Made by a program: the position numbers and the translations under genes
Part shown: piece after piece, positions 39,063 to 53,657 of the stretch
Position numbering within the stretch: the stretch's first letter is position 1
Layout: each line of letters begins with the position of its first letter
The notes under the pieces: model-generated
Seen by the model: only the letters and a program-made list of their open reading frames with translations
Databases searched by the model: none
Told to the model about the DNA's origin: nothing
Assembly (NCBI RefSeq): GCF_004010195.1
Contig: NC_057728.1
Location: 40,426,231 to 40,490,230, forward strand
DNA: 64,000 nt
DNA from: Chiloscyllium plagiosum
Taxonomy: Eukaryota
Direction of reading: 5' to 3'

Positions 39063-40275
39063 TAAATAGACTCTAGCTAAAGGTAAACAACATGAACCAC
39101 TGGCATATAAATCTATAGACACATATACACACAAACAGAGCAAGGGAAAAAACATGGGTGTTACAGATTAGGGAACATTGGGAAAGCCGGTCAGTGGCCT
39201 CTGTTTACAGGATCTGAGATGGTTCTTGTGCTGATCAGAACTCTGCTTCCCAAGACTTTCTTCTTCGGATATTTTCATTGAGTTGTATGGTCACATGGTA
39301 GCTGGTTTACACTTACAAAAGGTCTCTGATTTATTTGTTGGAAGTCTGAGCTCGCAGAACCATTGAAGAAAAGATAAACTGGCTTTTTTTTTCTGGCTTA
39401 AATTGTCTTGTACTTCAGAGAACAGAGGGAACTCAAGATGGTAAACTGGAACTGCATTTCTATCAGCGCTGTGGAAGTATTTCATAACACTGTGACTGTT
39501 CAAGAGGGCAGTTCATCACCACCTTTTAGTTATGGAAAATAAATCCTGACCTATACCAATGACAGACATGAATGAATTTTAAAAAGCTCTCATGACTTCA
39601 TGGTTTGGAATAACTACCAGCTTCACTGGCTATTGTCAATAAAATTGTTCTATAATCAATTGTTAGTGAATAGTCACTGTGACTTGCCTTTATGTATGCA
39701 TATTGTACATAGCTCCAAGCTGTTCACCTGCCTGAGAATCAATCACATAACTGTTGGCAAGCAGAAGGTCAATGTCATCAGTAACTGTCACTAAAATATA
39801 AACCAAACTGCTGCTTGTTGCCAGAAGTCTGTACACAATCCTTTGACTCCATTTTGTCTACAAACTATGGTTCAAGCACTGTTGGAACCAGTGGCTGTGT
39901 AACCAACACTTGCAATGAGTGTTGGGATACTAGCTTTCAAAACATACTCCAAATCTCTAGCAATCCATATATTTAAAACAGCTCTTTTCTCATGCCAGTT
40001 CGCAACTAAAAATTGAGAAGAATAAAAAGACACAGTATTTACGCTAAGAAAGATTATTTTGACAATTATTAGATAAAACTAATATGCTGCAGATCTTTAA
40101 ATGTCCCTTACATTTTATCTGTCAAATAGCAGTTTACAGTCTGCATGAGACATGTGATAAAACTGAATATTTTATCCAATTCACGTTATGTAGCTGTCCT
40201 TTTTGTTCATTAGTTTTTCTTTCATTCTCATATCTTTATCCTAGTCTTTGGTATATTAGCATAAATGAATAAAGG

Positions 40276-41460
40276 TAGAACATAGAACATTATAGCGCAG
40301 TACAGGCCCTTCGGCCCTCGATGTTGCGCTGACCTGTCATACCAATCTGAAGCCCATCTAACCTACACTATTCCATGTACGTCCATATGCCTGTCCAATG
40401 ACGACTTAAATGTACTTAAAGTTGGCGAATCTACTACCATTGCAGGCAAAGCATTCCATACCCTTACTACTCTCTGAGTAAAAAAGCTACCTCTGACATC
40501 TGTTCTATATCTATCACCCCTCAATTTAAAGCTATGCCCCCTCATGCTCNNNNNNNNNNNNNNNNNNNNNNNNNNNNNNNNNNNNNNNNNNNNNNNNNNN
40601 NNNGATGACCAGAACTGTACACAATACTCCAAGCGCGGTCGCACCAGAGTTTTGTACAGCTGCAGCATAACCTCATGGTTCCAGAACTCGATCCTTCTAT
40701 TAATAAAAGCTAAAACACTGTATGCCTTCTTAACAACCCTGTCAACCTGGGTGGCAACTTTCAAGGATCTGTGTACCTGGACACCGAGATTTCTTTGCTC
40801 ATCTACACTACCAAGAATCTTACCATTAGCCCAGTACTTTGCATTCCGGTAACTCCGACCAAAGTGAATCACCTCACACTTGTCCGCATTAAACTCCATT
40901 TGCCACCTCTCAGCTCAGCTCTGTATCCTATCTATGTCTCTCTGCAACCTACTACATCCTTCGTCACTATCCACAACTCCACCGACCTTAGCGTCGTCCA
41001 CAAATTTACTAACCCACCCTTCTACGTCCTCATCCAGGTCGTTTATAAAAATGATGAACAGCAGTGGACCCAATACCGACCTTGCGGTACACCACTGGTA
41101 ACTGGACTCCAGGATGAACATTTCCCATCAACCACCACCCTCTGTCTTCTTTCAGCAAGCCAATTACTGATCCAAACTGCTATACCTCCCACAATCCCAT
41201 TCTTCCGCATTTTGTACAATAGCCTACTGTGGGGAACCTTATCGAATGCCTTGCTGAAATCCATATACACCACATCAACCAGTTTACTCTCATCTACCTG
41301 TTTGGTCACCTTCTCTAAGAACTCAATAAGGTTTGTGAGGCACGACCTACCCTTCACAAAACTGTGCCGACTATCCCTAATCAAATTATTTTTTTCTAGA
41401 TGAATGTAAATCCTATCTCTTATAACCTTTTCCAACACTTTACTAACAACTGAAGTAAGG
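40276..41460 (-). mobile_element. CR1 LINE 3' portion (same family as 59719-62172), with an N gap at 40550-40603
   Basis: HSFVKGRSCLTNL, YMDFSKAFDKV, FVDD, RLEYCVQFWS; (GTTCTAT)-type tail. Confidence 0.93.
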
Positions 41461-42361
41461 TACAGACACATAATACCAAGTCTCTAGTCTATTTGCATAT
41501 AATAGGCCAGGCTCGGGAGGAGGAAGTTCCTATATCAAGAACTGGATCTTTATTATCATAATTAAATGATGCAGGTGCATTGTTCTAACCCACCACATGT
41601 ACTTTTTCCATCTTAATGCCATGTGTACAGCAACTGAAAATAGTTTTCATTGAATTTGGTTTCTATTGTGGGCTAATTAAACACAGTAAGAGTGAAAACA
41701 ATTTTCTTTTCCTGTTTTGAAGTAAATTCTGACTGTTGTTTCTCAAGTTATTTTCTTTTCCTTTGTAGTTTGGCTCTTAGATACACATATTTACTGTTAT
41801 AAGAGTTCCCTTTGAAACTCCCTCATTTGAGAGCAACTGGGATTAACCAGAACAATGGTAAATGGGTTGAACATACAACATGAAATGTGCCCAGCAGTTA
41901 ATTACGTACATAAATTTGCAGGCAACTGTAATGAGATCTTCCTTAGAAAACAAAATCAAGTCTTCAGAAGCTCTAATTCTTCAAATGTGTGATGCTTGGT
42001 AACATTAAAACATGGATATATACTGCAGCCTGATAAACTGTCACACTTGATGGTTCTTAAGAGGAATCCCAGTTACAGCAAACCACACTCTAAACACTGT
42101 GCATGCATAAAGGCAAATCAAGGTGACTACTCACCCATAATTAATTGATTGTAAAATAATTTTAGTGACAACAGCTAATGAAGCTGGCAGTTATTCCAAA
42201 CTAGGAAGTCACAGTAGCTTTTTAAAATTGATACATGGGTTTCATTGGCATTGGTCAGCATTTATTGTTCATCACGAAAAGGTGGTGGTGAGCTGCCATC
42301 TTGAACGGTCACATTATTGTGAAAGCACTTCCACAGTGCTCATCAGGATGCAGTTCCAGGA

Positions 42362-43016
42362 AGATCCTCCTTGTATGCCTGCTTGGTCTGCGCCACTGCA
42401 CACCTCCCTCAAAACAGCTGCAGGGGATAGAGACCGTCACACATCTCCTTCTGGTATGTGTCTTTGCAAAGGGAGTTTAGAGAAAGATGCAGTGGTTTTC
42501 CTCGCGCTTCGCCTCAAGCAGCTCTCTAACCCAGTACTCTGTGCTCGATGGTTTGTTCCCCGGGACACACACCGAGACAAACATCAACTGCACCCGGAGG
42601 AACTTGGTGAAAGATGCTCTTTGGTGTTCCTAGAATTTGTTGGTCCTTAAGAAGAAGAAGTTGACCTTGTGTCGCAGACTGGCACATTCCAAGGTCCAGG
42701 ACTACGTACTGAGGGATGCGTTAAAGCTTGAGGCAGCTGTCACCAAAGTGCAGTGGGGAAAGACTATTGTCGGACTTCTTCCTGCTGAAGTTAAAGGGGG
42801 TCTGTTCAGTTATCAGATCCTCCTAATGCCTCAAATGCATGTGAGCATAACTTTGTTCAAGTAAGAGATGCTTTGGTTTATTTGGATAGAGTCAAACTCC
42901 AATGTTTGTTTGTTTCCTTGATATGTTACTGTACAGAACCAAACTGCATTTGTGACCAAGTATATATTTATATATAAAGATTATTTTATGAATGAGGTAT
43001 ATTTTTGAAATAAAAA
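42362..43016 (+). mobile_element. L1/Tx1-clade LINE 3' end
   Basis: GIETVTHLLLVCVFAKGV (RT-associated zinc-knuckle region E-T-x-x-H-L-L-x-x-C), then HSKVQDYVLRDALKL and an AT-rich 3' UTR ending GAAATAAAAAG. Confidence 0.7.
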
Positions 43017-43785
43017 GGAATAACTTAGTGAAGCACAGCATTGGTTAAGCACAAACCATAAAACACAAGCTGTGTTATTATACACCTTTCCTTGACTCAG
43101 AGCACGATGACTACAATTTTTCATGTCTTATATATATAAATAATGTAACTACGTAGATCAAAGCAAATTTATAATTAATTTCTTGCTACCCAGGTTTTTC
43201 TCAGAGGATTAACCTTGTGAAAATACCTATTCCATATAACTTAGAGAGAGCAGATCATTTTTTGACAACACTAACCCTTAAGCTGTTATTTGGACCAGAC
43301 TTCATGACCTTCAATTAATATTCAGCAGGAGGCTATACTCACAAGTCCATCTTCTTCTACTGCACTATCAGTTCACTTGGAGTCCTTTCTGACTCACTGT
43401 GAAAAGCTTTGACCTTGCTCAATTTTTAAATACTACCATATGCTCCCAAAGCTTGGAACATTCAGACATCTAGTGAATCAATTCGTTCCATCTTTAAAAC
43501 TGTTTCTCCTGCCTCAGTATTTCAAGAAAGATTAAGATGAGCTTAACCTTTCAAATGGCCTGTGCTAATATGTTCAATATGGATGTGTTGATTTGTCCAG
43601 TGACATCAATTAAAGAAAGCAAATAAATGGATGTGTTCCCTTAACTAATAACAAACCTTAGATAGTCTATCTTGTGATTTTTGTAATAATGTAGTGGTTC
43701 AAACACTTTTGTCAAAATATGTACTCCCTGATTTTGGTGTCAGCAATCAATTAGACTTCACTAATGGCATATGGGTCTCCGAATA

Positions 43786-44007
43786 AGTTGGAGTGAATGC
43801 ACCAAGATCAGCCAGGTGGACCTCATAGAACATGAGTTCCCTGACTGGGGCTGATAATCTGATCCAAACAGACATAAACAGGAGTGACAGAGTTTCGGCT
43901 CACTCAGAGACCTGGCTCTGAGGAAGCAGGATCAGTGTCAAGGACTCTCCATATGTGAATAAAAGGTGACTTGATGATATGATACCGGCCTTGGTGGAGT
44001 TAGTTCA
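43786..44007 (+). mobile_element. LTR-like repeat
   Basis: Internal AATAAA, ends GGAGTTAGTTCA; an inverted homologous copy lies at 63150-63455. Confidence 0.55.
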
Positions 44008-44732
44008 AATTCAATGCAAATGGCTGATTTAACGTCTTCCTTAACACCAATAAGATGAGAAGAAAAACCTCAAAACTATAGTGACTAAAAAATATTTAAA
44101 TGACATGAAAATAAGCATGCAGGAAATGTTTGGCAGATAGAACAGGTTTGCATATTATCAAATCTGGAATATGTTCCCAGCATTTCCATTTAAATTTGAA
44201 AATTGCGGCCAATACAGATCTGAATGCATGCATCGGAATTATCTGAACTACAATTCCAGAATGGAACAATAAGCCTCCCTCTCAGTCCAAAGCAATGTGG
44301 AAGCTGTGAGTCTGAAATAAAAACAGTAGGTCACCATCAAACCAGCCGGTCTGGCAACACCTTTGCAGAGAGAAACAGTGTTGACATTTCAAGTCCAGTG
44401 TGACTCTGCTTCAGAACTGAAAGTAGATGGAAAAAACAAAATTTTCATGTCATTGCCAGAGGAAGAGGAGGATCAAAAACACAAAGTGAGTGCTAATGGT
44501 GGTAAAGAAGTGACAGAGGTACAAAATAAGTATAAAGGGTAAGTATGAGAGGGAGAAAATACAACCAGTCTGCTGAGATAAAGGCCAACACAACACAAAT
44601 GAGACATATTCAGGACAACAGTCACAGAGCAGAGATGTTCTGCAAATCAATTTCCAAGTTTGCATTTGGTCTCACAAATGTAAAAGAGAGTATATTATGA
44701 AAAGCAAATATAGTAGACTGGATTGAAAGAAG

Positions 44733-45006
44733 GAAAAAGTGAGGATTGCAGATGCTGGAGACTCAATCAAAAAAGTAGAGCGCTAGAAAAGTACAGCAAG
44801 TCAGGCAGCATCCGAGGCGCAGCAGAGTCGACATTTTGGGTATAAGCCCTTCATCAGCAATGTGGAGTGGGAAGGGGGCTGAGAGATAAATAGGGATGGG
44901 GCTGGTTGAAAGGTAGGTGGGGTGGCGATAAGGTCTTATGCCAGAAACGTTGATTCTCCTACTCCTTGGATGCTGCCTGACCTGTTGTGCTTTTCCAGTG
45001 CCATAC
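44733..45006. mobile_element. PLE terminal-repeat fold-back element with 10-bp TSD
   Basis: Inverted arms; minus-strand CTGATGAAGGGCTTATACCCAAAATGTCG; TSD TTGAAAGAAG at 44723-44732 and 45007-45016. Confidence 0.8.
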
Positions 45007-46365
45007 TTGAAAGAAGTACAAGTAAACCTTCAACTGAAAGGTATGTTTGGCCTTGGATAGTAAGGAGGCAGGAGGTGAAAGAGCAATGTTTATCTTTCCG
45101 CAATTGCAATAGTGACAAGGGAAGGAAAGGAGGGGTTGAATAAGTTTTAGGAATAATGGATGTGCGGACCAGACTGTTATAGATGGAACAGTCCATGTTG
45201 AATGCTGGCATTAGAGAGAGGGACAGATGTGTTTGGTTGTGATATCCTGCTGGAGATGGTGGAAATGGCAAATGAGGAGACAGATAGGGTGAAAAGTGAA
45301 GACAGCAGAGTGGACCAATTTTCTCCCTTTGGACCTAAAACTTACACCTATTTAATATCTCTACCCCTCCCTTGTCATCTGCACTTTGGAAAGTGCCAGA
45401 AAAACCCTGCATCAAAACGTTCTTGCAGTCTCTTTATTCAGAGGATTGTTGTAGCTGAATTTTAATTAGTCTAATCAACTAGGGGATTATGGTGATCATT
45501 TTAGTACATCATACTTCACATCGGAAATCTCCAGTAGAGCGCCACAAAAGCCATTTCTTTATAGAAGATTATAACATCACCAGCATGAATAACTAACATG
45601 ACTTCATTTTTGAGAGGACACTCACAGAGAACAAAATACTACAATGTTATAGAAAAATCTCAAAGTAAGTGATTGATCCACGTGTAATGAGACAATCCAT
45701 ATAGAAAAGAAAAATCATCTGTTTAATTCCACTTTACTGATTTAGCGGTTTCCACGTAAGCTATATCAGTGTTTACGTAGTCTTCTGGAGGACATTGAGG
45801 AATTTTCCACATTCTGTCCCCTAATTAGCTTGGACATTGAGACTCTCTTAGAAGGTTATATCAAGTAAAGCATTTTGACTGCAACAGATACCTTGATGTT
45901 TTCTTGTCTGACACAGTTCATAATTTACTTCCTACTTTTTTCACTGTTTGCAACCAAATTATTTGTCATTACAGCCACAGTGTACAAAAATACTTGGCTG
46001 CTAACCATCTCAAAACTGGATTTGAAGTACATTGGCCTGCTGTTTTCATGGAATTATTCATTTTAAGAAGCAAAGGCTAAAGTAGAAATATCAGAATTTA
46101 AAAACACAATAAATTGCATACATTTAGAACCTATAATATCATAAAATGACCTAATGCATTTATTTTAAAATAATGTACCTGTAACATAAACTGAACTTAT
46201 TTTATTCATCTTGCTAATTTTGACATCATCCTGATCACGTTAAATGGTAAGCAGTCCCTTTTTTTAAAATCTGGCATATATGTGAATTAATTTAGCAAAT
46301 AGAAAAAACTTTAAATGAACCTCTATTTGTGGAAGTGTTCAATAGCAAATAATCCATTACAAATC

Positions 46366-48180
46366 CATAATAAGACCATAAGACATAGGAGTGGAAGTAA
46401 GGCCATTCAGCCCATCGATTCCACTTCGCTATTCAATCATGGCTGTTGGTCATTTCAACTCCACTTACCCGCACTCTCCCCATAGCCCTTAATTCCTTGC
46501 GAGATCAAGAATTTATCAATCACTGCTTTGGAGGCATTTAACGTCCCAGTCTCCACTGTACTCTGTGGCAATGAATTCCAGAGGCCCACTACTCTCTGGC
46601 TGAAGAGATGTCTCCTCACTTCCATTCTAAATTGACCCCCTCTAATTCTAAGGCTGTGCCCATGGGTCCTAGTCTTCCCACCTAATGGAAACAAATTCCC
46701 AGCATTATCTTGAAAATTTCTATTAGACCTCCCCTCCACCTTCTAAATTCTGATGAATACAATCCCAGGATTCTCAGCTGTTCATCGTATGTTAGGCCTA
46801 CCATTCCAGGGATCATCCGTGTGAATCTCCGCTGGACACGCTCCAGTGCCAGTATGTCTTCCTGAGGTGTGGGGCCCAAAATTGGATATAGTATTCTAAA
46901 TGGGGCCTAACTAGAGCTTTATAAAGTTTCATTGGCACATCGCTGCTTTTACAACATTAAATGACAACATTAAATTTGCTTTCTTAATGATGGACTCAAA
47001 CTGCAAGTCAACCTTTAGAGAATCCTGGACCAGCACTCCCAGATCCCTTTGTACTTTGGCTTTATGAATTTTCTCACCTTTTAGAAAATAGTCTACACCT
47101 GTATTCTTTTTTTCCAAAGTGCAAGACCTCACATTTGCTCGTGTTGAATTTCATCTGCCATTTCCTGGTCCACTCTCCTAAACTTTCTAAATCTTCCTGC
47201 AGCCTCCCCACCACTTCAGAACTACCTGCCTGTCTGCCTAACTTCGTATCATCGGTGAACTTCGCCGGAATGCCCCCAGTCCCTTCATCCAGATCATTAA
47301 TATATAAAGTGAACAGCTGGAGCCCAACACTGAACCCTACGGGACACCACTTGTCACTATCTGCCATTCCAAAAAAGAACCTTTTATCCCAACACTCTGC
47401 CTTCTGTCAGTCAGCAAATCCTCAATCCTTGCCAGTAGCTCACCTCGAACACTATGGGCCCTCACCTTACTCAGCAGCCTCCCGTGAGGCACCTTATCAA
47501 AGTCCTTTTGGAAGTCTAGATAGATAACATCCACCGGGTTTCCCTGGTCTAACCTACTTGTTACCTCTTCAAAGAATTCTAACAGGTTTGTCAGGCACGA
47601 CCTCCCCATACTAAATCCATGCTGACTTGTTCTAATCCGAACCTGCACTTCCAAGAATTTGAAAGCTCATCCTTAACGATGGATTCTAGAATTTTACCTA
47701 CAACCGAGGTTAGGCTAATCGGCCGATAATTTTCCATCTTATGTCTTGATCCTTTCTTGAACAGGCGGATTACAACAGCAATTTTCCAATCACCTGGGAC
47801 TTTCCCTGACTCCAGTGATTTTTGAAAGATGACAACCAACGCATCCGCTATTTCTTCAGCCACCTCCCTCAGAACTCTAGGGTGTAGCCCATCGGGGTCA
47901 GAAGATTTATCGATTTTTAGACATTTTAGCTTTGCTAGCACTTTCTCTTTTGTAATGGTTACCATACTCATCTCTGCCCCCTGACTCTCCTTAATTGTTG
48001 GGATATTACTCATTTCTTCCATTGTGAAGACTGACACAAAGTACTTTTTAAGCTATTCAGCTATTTCTTTATTTCCCAGCACTCGTCTTTCTGCATCAAT
48101 TTGGAGTGGCCCAATTTTTACTTTTGCCTCTCGTTTGTTTCCTTTGTATTGAAAAAAACTTTTACTGTCATTTAATAATG
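46366..48180 (-). mobile_element. CR1 LINE, 5'-truncated, separate family
   Basis: PDGLHPRVL, DWKIA, NYRPISLTS, QHGF, YLDFQK, FTDD, QRVVGLWNSLP; tail CTTATGGTCTTAT. Confidence 0.92.
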
Positions 48181-51100
48181 AACTGGTATAGAGAGCCTTT
48201 GACAGCCATTTTGCTTCTGAATAATATGCATGTGTGCATTTATGTGTGGACACTAGACTCTGCTCATTTCTTTCTGCCAATTTAAGTAGACTCACATTGT
48301 AACTGATGGTTACCTATATTTCCGTTCGATAAAGCAACTGCCAAAACCCAAAGCAAAACTAATCCCAATTTTTGTTCCTATTTGTTGTTCAACATTTGGT
48401 TGAATAACCAGTAATGAGGGACTAGTCATGAAAAAGTGTGCTGAAGGACTGAGGAAATATATTTTAAAAATATTTATACAGACATTTGTTACAGTATATA
48501 ACCAACACTAGATATCAAAGTGATGAATGACAACTTCTCCAATCTGTCTCTGTAAAGAGGTTCTTTGTCCCTGGAACCACTCTTGTCAATCCTTTTTGTA
48601 CCCTTTCCGTTGCCTTCACATCCATTCTTGAATGTGTTGCTCAGTTCTGGAAGCAGTTGCTGATGAAGTAGCATTTTGTTGAGGTCCTTCAGCCCTAAAA
48701 CTATCTGAGAGCCCTGGACATGTTCAATTCTGGCTTCTTGTGCATTTTTCAGCAATTATAATCATTCTACCATTAGCTGTTCAAACACCAAGCTCTGGAA
48801 CTCCTTCCTTAAAAATCTATGTCTCTCTCTCCTATTTTCTTTAAACTGATCTCTTTGATTAACGTTTTGGTCTTCTGGTCCAATAGCTGCTCATGCAGTT
48901 CAGCCAAATTTTGTTTCATAATGCTCTGGTGATGTGTCTGGGAAATTTTACAAAGTAAAAGACACTATTTAAATGTAAATGGTTGTTAAGGTTTATTAGA
49001 TACAAACAGCAGGCTTTTTTATTCTTGAAGTGCAGTGATCACGTTTTACTCTTGAAGTGAAATTGAACAAATTATTTGAAAAAGGTGGAAGTGGCTGTGG
49101 AGAGAGTAGGGTAATTGGATTACTTTGAATTTGATTATCAAAGAGCAGATACTGACACTGTGACTTGGATCTTCTTCTTGACTGCTGTAAGTATTTGGAA
49201 CAACCCAATGATTGCTTTTAAATGAATGTATCCAGCAATCTACTCAAACTCTCAATCTCAATCCTGGACTCCCAATTATGAATCCAACAGCTCCCTTTTA
49301 GACCCTCCAAATTAATGACAAATGTACCAAATTTGAGTCATTTTCTTGTGCACTTCCATCCATTATAAATAGAAATGCAACTGATTTTTCTCCAGTCTTG
49401 TAATATTCTTAACTAGAGTCAAAGGAAGGAAAAACCTTTTTCCTGCAAAAGCAAAATAATGTGAAAGCTGATGAAATCATAAGCCTGAAAAGTTAACGTT
49501 TTTTTAACCACTGCAAAATATTTCTCTAATTCTGTTTTTATCAAAGTTTATGTACTAGTTTCAGTTGCATTCAAACCTTGAAAAAATTGCTTCAATTACT
49601 GCATACAGCGGACAGCACATTCTCTGATTTCTACATTCCCGGATACTTCAATTCTCTTCTTTATTACATAACAAGCAAATTTACTCAGTGGGTAGTTACA
49701 ATAATCCCTGTATCAGAAAAACAACAAGAAATGTCTGACAGCAAAAACATAACAATTGTATTTTAAGTTTATAAAGCAATTTTATTCTCAATTTGCAAAT
49801 AAGATTCCAATCATATTTTCACAGCTAGTTAACATCAGAAAAATGTCAGAGCTCAGACAGGTTGAAACTAATAAATGTCCAGATGCAAATCCTGTGATGT
49901 AGTATCACTTACTGTAAATTCGTTTACAGATAGGTTTTAAATTGTTTCATGAAATATCACATCTCAGCACTAACTCGCCATTTTGAGAGAGATAAGCACA
50001 GGAACCTTCCATGAAAATCTTTTCTTTTGTCTGCAGCAAAATTGCAGTTTTTGGTTTCTTACCAATAATGTCACAAATAACACGTGTTGGTGTCAGAGAG
50101 AAACAAACAGGGGAATGACATGCAATCCATGGCATCAAACAGGACCACCGAGTAGGGTTCAGAGAAAAACAAGGATGAGTTGAACATATGTAGCCAGTCA
50201 CTCACACATTACTATTTTAATTATTCCTGTCTTCTCCAGAATGCTTCCTGGCATGTGCAATACAATCTTAATTTTCATTATAACTGTTGCACTTGAGAAT
50301 ACAAACAACTAGTCAGGCTTACTAATTAGCTTTAAGTTTGCTGATAATCAGTATGTGATAACATACTGCACTTCTGGAATTATTTATTAATTAGATGAAG
50401 ACTAGAGCTGTGAAAGTTTGAAACTGAAGAAATTTGGTTTTGGTGTTTTAAATTATTTTGAATTATTTAGCAGCAGTAAGCTCTTCTGAGTGCAAAGCTT
50501 CATTCCTTCATCAGGTTTTACAGGCTGCAATTTGATTTTACAAATAAAACCTCTCAGTGAGCATCTGTATGTCAAAGTGTCAGACAACGAGCCTATCACA
50601 TAATTCTTCTGGACTGGTGCCTATAGTGATATTTTTAAATGATAGCATAGTGAAGATGCTTTCCTAAGTAAATGATAGCCTTAGAAAATTGGATGACACT
50701 TTGTAAAAGCTAGGTGCCAGATGAATGATTAAATGGTTACAAAACAGCATCCCTGTAGCCAGGGAGTCACCTAATAATGATGGGATGCATCTGAAATAGA
50801 ATTTCATTTTCCACAATTGCTTTTCTGTTAAATGTTATGGTCTTTGAAGTTCGTAACACCCATGACGAACTGCTTGTGAGCAATTAGCCTGCTCTACGTG
50901 GGTGTTACAGAGTTCCACAAAGAACAAAAGACTATGAAAGAGATATATTGTAAAATCTGGGAATACATCAAATCAGGGTTGATTGCTAAACTGTCATCAG
51001 TTTGCAATTAAGCTAGAAGGCATTGTTTTTTATTTAAATTATATATTGTTTTATCTTGAATTGGGTGCTATTATGATTTTAATCTGCAGATTATAAATTT

Positions 51101-51331
51101 AAAAATCAGCTTTCATCAAGGTAGGAAAGAGACTGTGCAATTCATGTAAATGGATCAGTTATCAGAGAAATCAAAACGACTTTCATTATAATTCATATGA
51201 AAGCTGATAGTGTTGCTGTCATATTTGCAGGACCAACATATATATACTTTTCTGAAAGATAAAAGTCTTTTGATGGACACCAGTGTCAAAATCACACAGT
51301 TAATACAGTTTTCAGACTGCAACCAAACCAT

Positions 51332-51629
51332 GGGGCGGCACAGTGACTCAGTGGTTAGCACTGCTGCCTCACAGCGCCAGGGATCCGGGTTCAATTCCCG
51401 CCTCGGGCAACTGTCTGTGTAGAGTTTGCACATTCTCCCCATGTCTGTGTGGGTTTCCTCCCATAGTCCGAAGATGTGTAGGTTAGGTGAATTGGCCTTG
51501 CTAAATTGCCTATAGTACGAGGTGACATCATTCAGTGAACGGGTCTCGGTGGGTTGCTCTTCGGAGGGTCGGTGTGGACATGTTGGGATGAAGGCCCTGT
51601 CTCCACACTGTAGTGATTCTAACCTAATC
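51332..51629 (+). mobile_element. HE1-like V-SINE
   Basis: Box A TGACTCAGTGG, box B GGTTCAATTCC, V domain, CR1-like tail. Confidence 0.92.
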
Positions 51630-52399
51630 AATGGCAATTCTAAGCACAGTTTTGCAAGGGAAGGTTTCTCCTGCAGAACATCCAGATAAACCATTTGTTG
51701 TTATTCATCACTGTCTATGTTTCTTCTTCAATAAATTACAAATGATGCAAGGTAAGATGGTGTTAACAGTGGAAAGAAAATCGCTTGCAGTAAACCTTCC
51801 CAGAATTTGTAGGATTTCTAAATAATACAAATATCCAACCTATAGGATAGAAATTCATGAATACTTTAGGACCAGAAAGCATTCTTAAGAACATCTGTTT
51901 TTGTGGAAAATTTTAAATGCACTGATTTGAAAAGCAACTGGTTCTCATTACTAAGTAATAAACAGTCCACAAATAAACCTATTCTTCTGATGTCCTAGAC
52001 GACATGTGCATATGTAAGTGCGGTGAAACTCTTAATGCCAAAATATAAAGTGCATAAACATTTGAGGTATCTGTCATTCAGAAGTGCAGATAGATCATAG
52101 AGCTTGAGAATTCAGGTTATTTCTAATCATGTCTGAATCCAGAACCCAGAGATAATATTACAAATTTGAAATCACTTCAGAGCCAAATTCTACTTTTAGA
52201 TTATGTTGCTATAAACCTTTCATCACCATCACCAGAGCTGGTTGGATTAAATAAAACACATTCTCTTCAGATATTTCAAAACACTTACACATTCCACTGT
52301 TACTGACAGAACTGTCTATGTCAGTTGATTAATGCCAGCCATTTAGTTTGGACAATCAGGACCTTCCTTCCATTAGCAATGAGTTCAATAACCAGGATT

Positions 52400-52600
52400 T
52401 CTGGAAGGATTGGATGATAGTTGAGGAAGATGGTCTTCACCCAGAGTGTGCTACAAATTTGAAATTCACAGCCTGAAAGAATGGCAGAGACAAAAATTCT
52501 CACTGCATTTAAAAGAACCCTTGGAATGTTATTTGAGGCACTGCAACCTACAGGGCTACAAACTAAGAGTTGGAAAATTGGATTGTTTAACAAGTAGATA
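52400..52600 (+). mobile_element. Old CR1 3' end fragment
   Basis: TTCACCCAGAGTGTG..GGAATTCACAGCCTGAAAG-like segment..GCATTTAAAAG, similar to the CR1 QRVV..WN.LP region. Confidence 0.55.
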
Positions 52601-53208
52601 TCCATATTTTGAATTAGACAGCAAAAGACTTTTAGAGATTTACAATGGCTTTATGAAAAGGTTAACACAAGTGCCAGTTTCCACTTTCCTTTCCAGACCC
52701 ATTCCCTGTCTAGAATCTAACCCTGCACTTGGGAATGACCTACATCACACAGATTGCACAGTTTAAGAGATTGGCTAACCACCAACTTCCCAAGGCCAAA
52801 TAGAGATAGGTAATAAACACTAGCCTTGTTAGTAATGCTCACAACCTAAACGGAAAGAATAGAGTCTCTTGTCATTAGTGTCTATTTACAGATTTGACCC
52901 GAGTTGAAGCCCATTGTGAACTCGTCTCTTCCAGTTGCTTTTACTGTTATCTTTCTCTGTTTTTTTTAGCTTTAACCTGACTTACCTTCTGGGGAAACCA
53001 AATGACAGCCTCAGCAGTGGTTGCATTGCCAAAATCAGCCCAGCGCGGTCTCATGGCAGGTGATGTTGTTGTTAGAGGCAGAATGGCATGGAAGAATGGT
53101 GACACGGTTTTGCAGTGGCACCGTGGCGAGGGACCTGTGCTGATGATGGTCTTAGCGTCAGAGTGAAAGAGCCCAAGTCTAGGTCCATGGCTAAGTACTT
53201 AAGAAGGA

Positions 53209-53657
53209 GAAAGTGAGGATTGCAGATGCTGGAGATCTGAGCTGAAAATATGTTGCTGGAAAAGCGCAGTAGGTCAAGCAGCATCCAAGGAGCAGGAGAA
53301 TCGACATTTCGGGCATGAGCCCTTCTTCAGGAACCTCCTGCCCAAAATCCACAAACCTGACTGTCCCAGCCAATCCATTGTCTCAGCCTGCTCTCCCACC
53401 ACCAAACCATCATCTCCCAGACCATCCATGACCTCATCTCCTCAGGGGATCTCCCATCCACCACCTCCAACCTCATAGTCCCACAACCCCACACCGCCCA
53501 TTTCTACCTCCTGCCCAAAATCCACAAACCTGACTGCCCCGGCCGACCCATTGTCTCAGCCTGCCATTCCTGACGAAGGGCTCATGCCCGAAACGTGGAT
53601 TCTCCCGCTCCTTGGATGCTGCCTGACCTGCTGCTCTTTTCCAGCAACACATTTTCA
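53209..53657. mobile_element. PLE fold-back element with internal RT fragments and long TSD
   Basis: Inverted arms, each with a hammerhead motif; internal FYLLPKIHKPDCPGRPIVSAC; direct repeat GCTAAGTACTTAAGAAGGA at 53190-53208 and 53658-53676. Confidence 0.9.

Noticed and set aside
49900..50210. C-type lectin-like peptides on the minus strand (CVSDWLH..FFS; GSCAYLSQNG..ICK)
   Set aside because: In-frame stops, different frames and an implausibly short implied intron; the similarity is too weak to support.
51332..51405. tRNA gene
   Set aside because: The A and B boxes belong to SINE heads followed by a V domain and LINE tail; they are not bona fide tRNAs.
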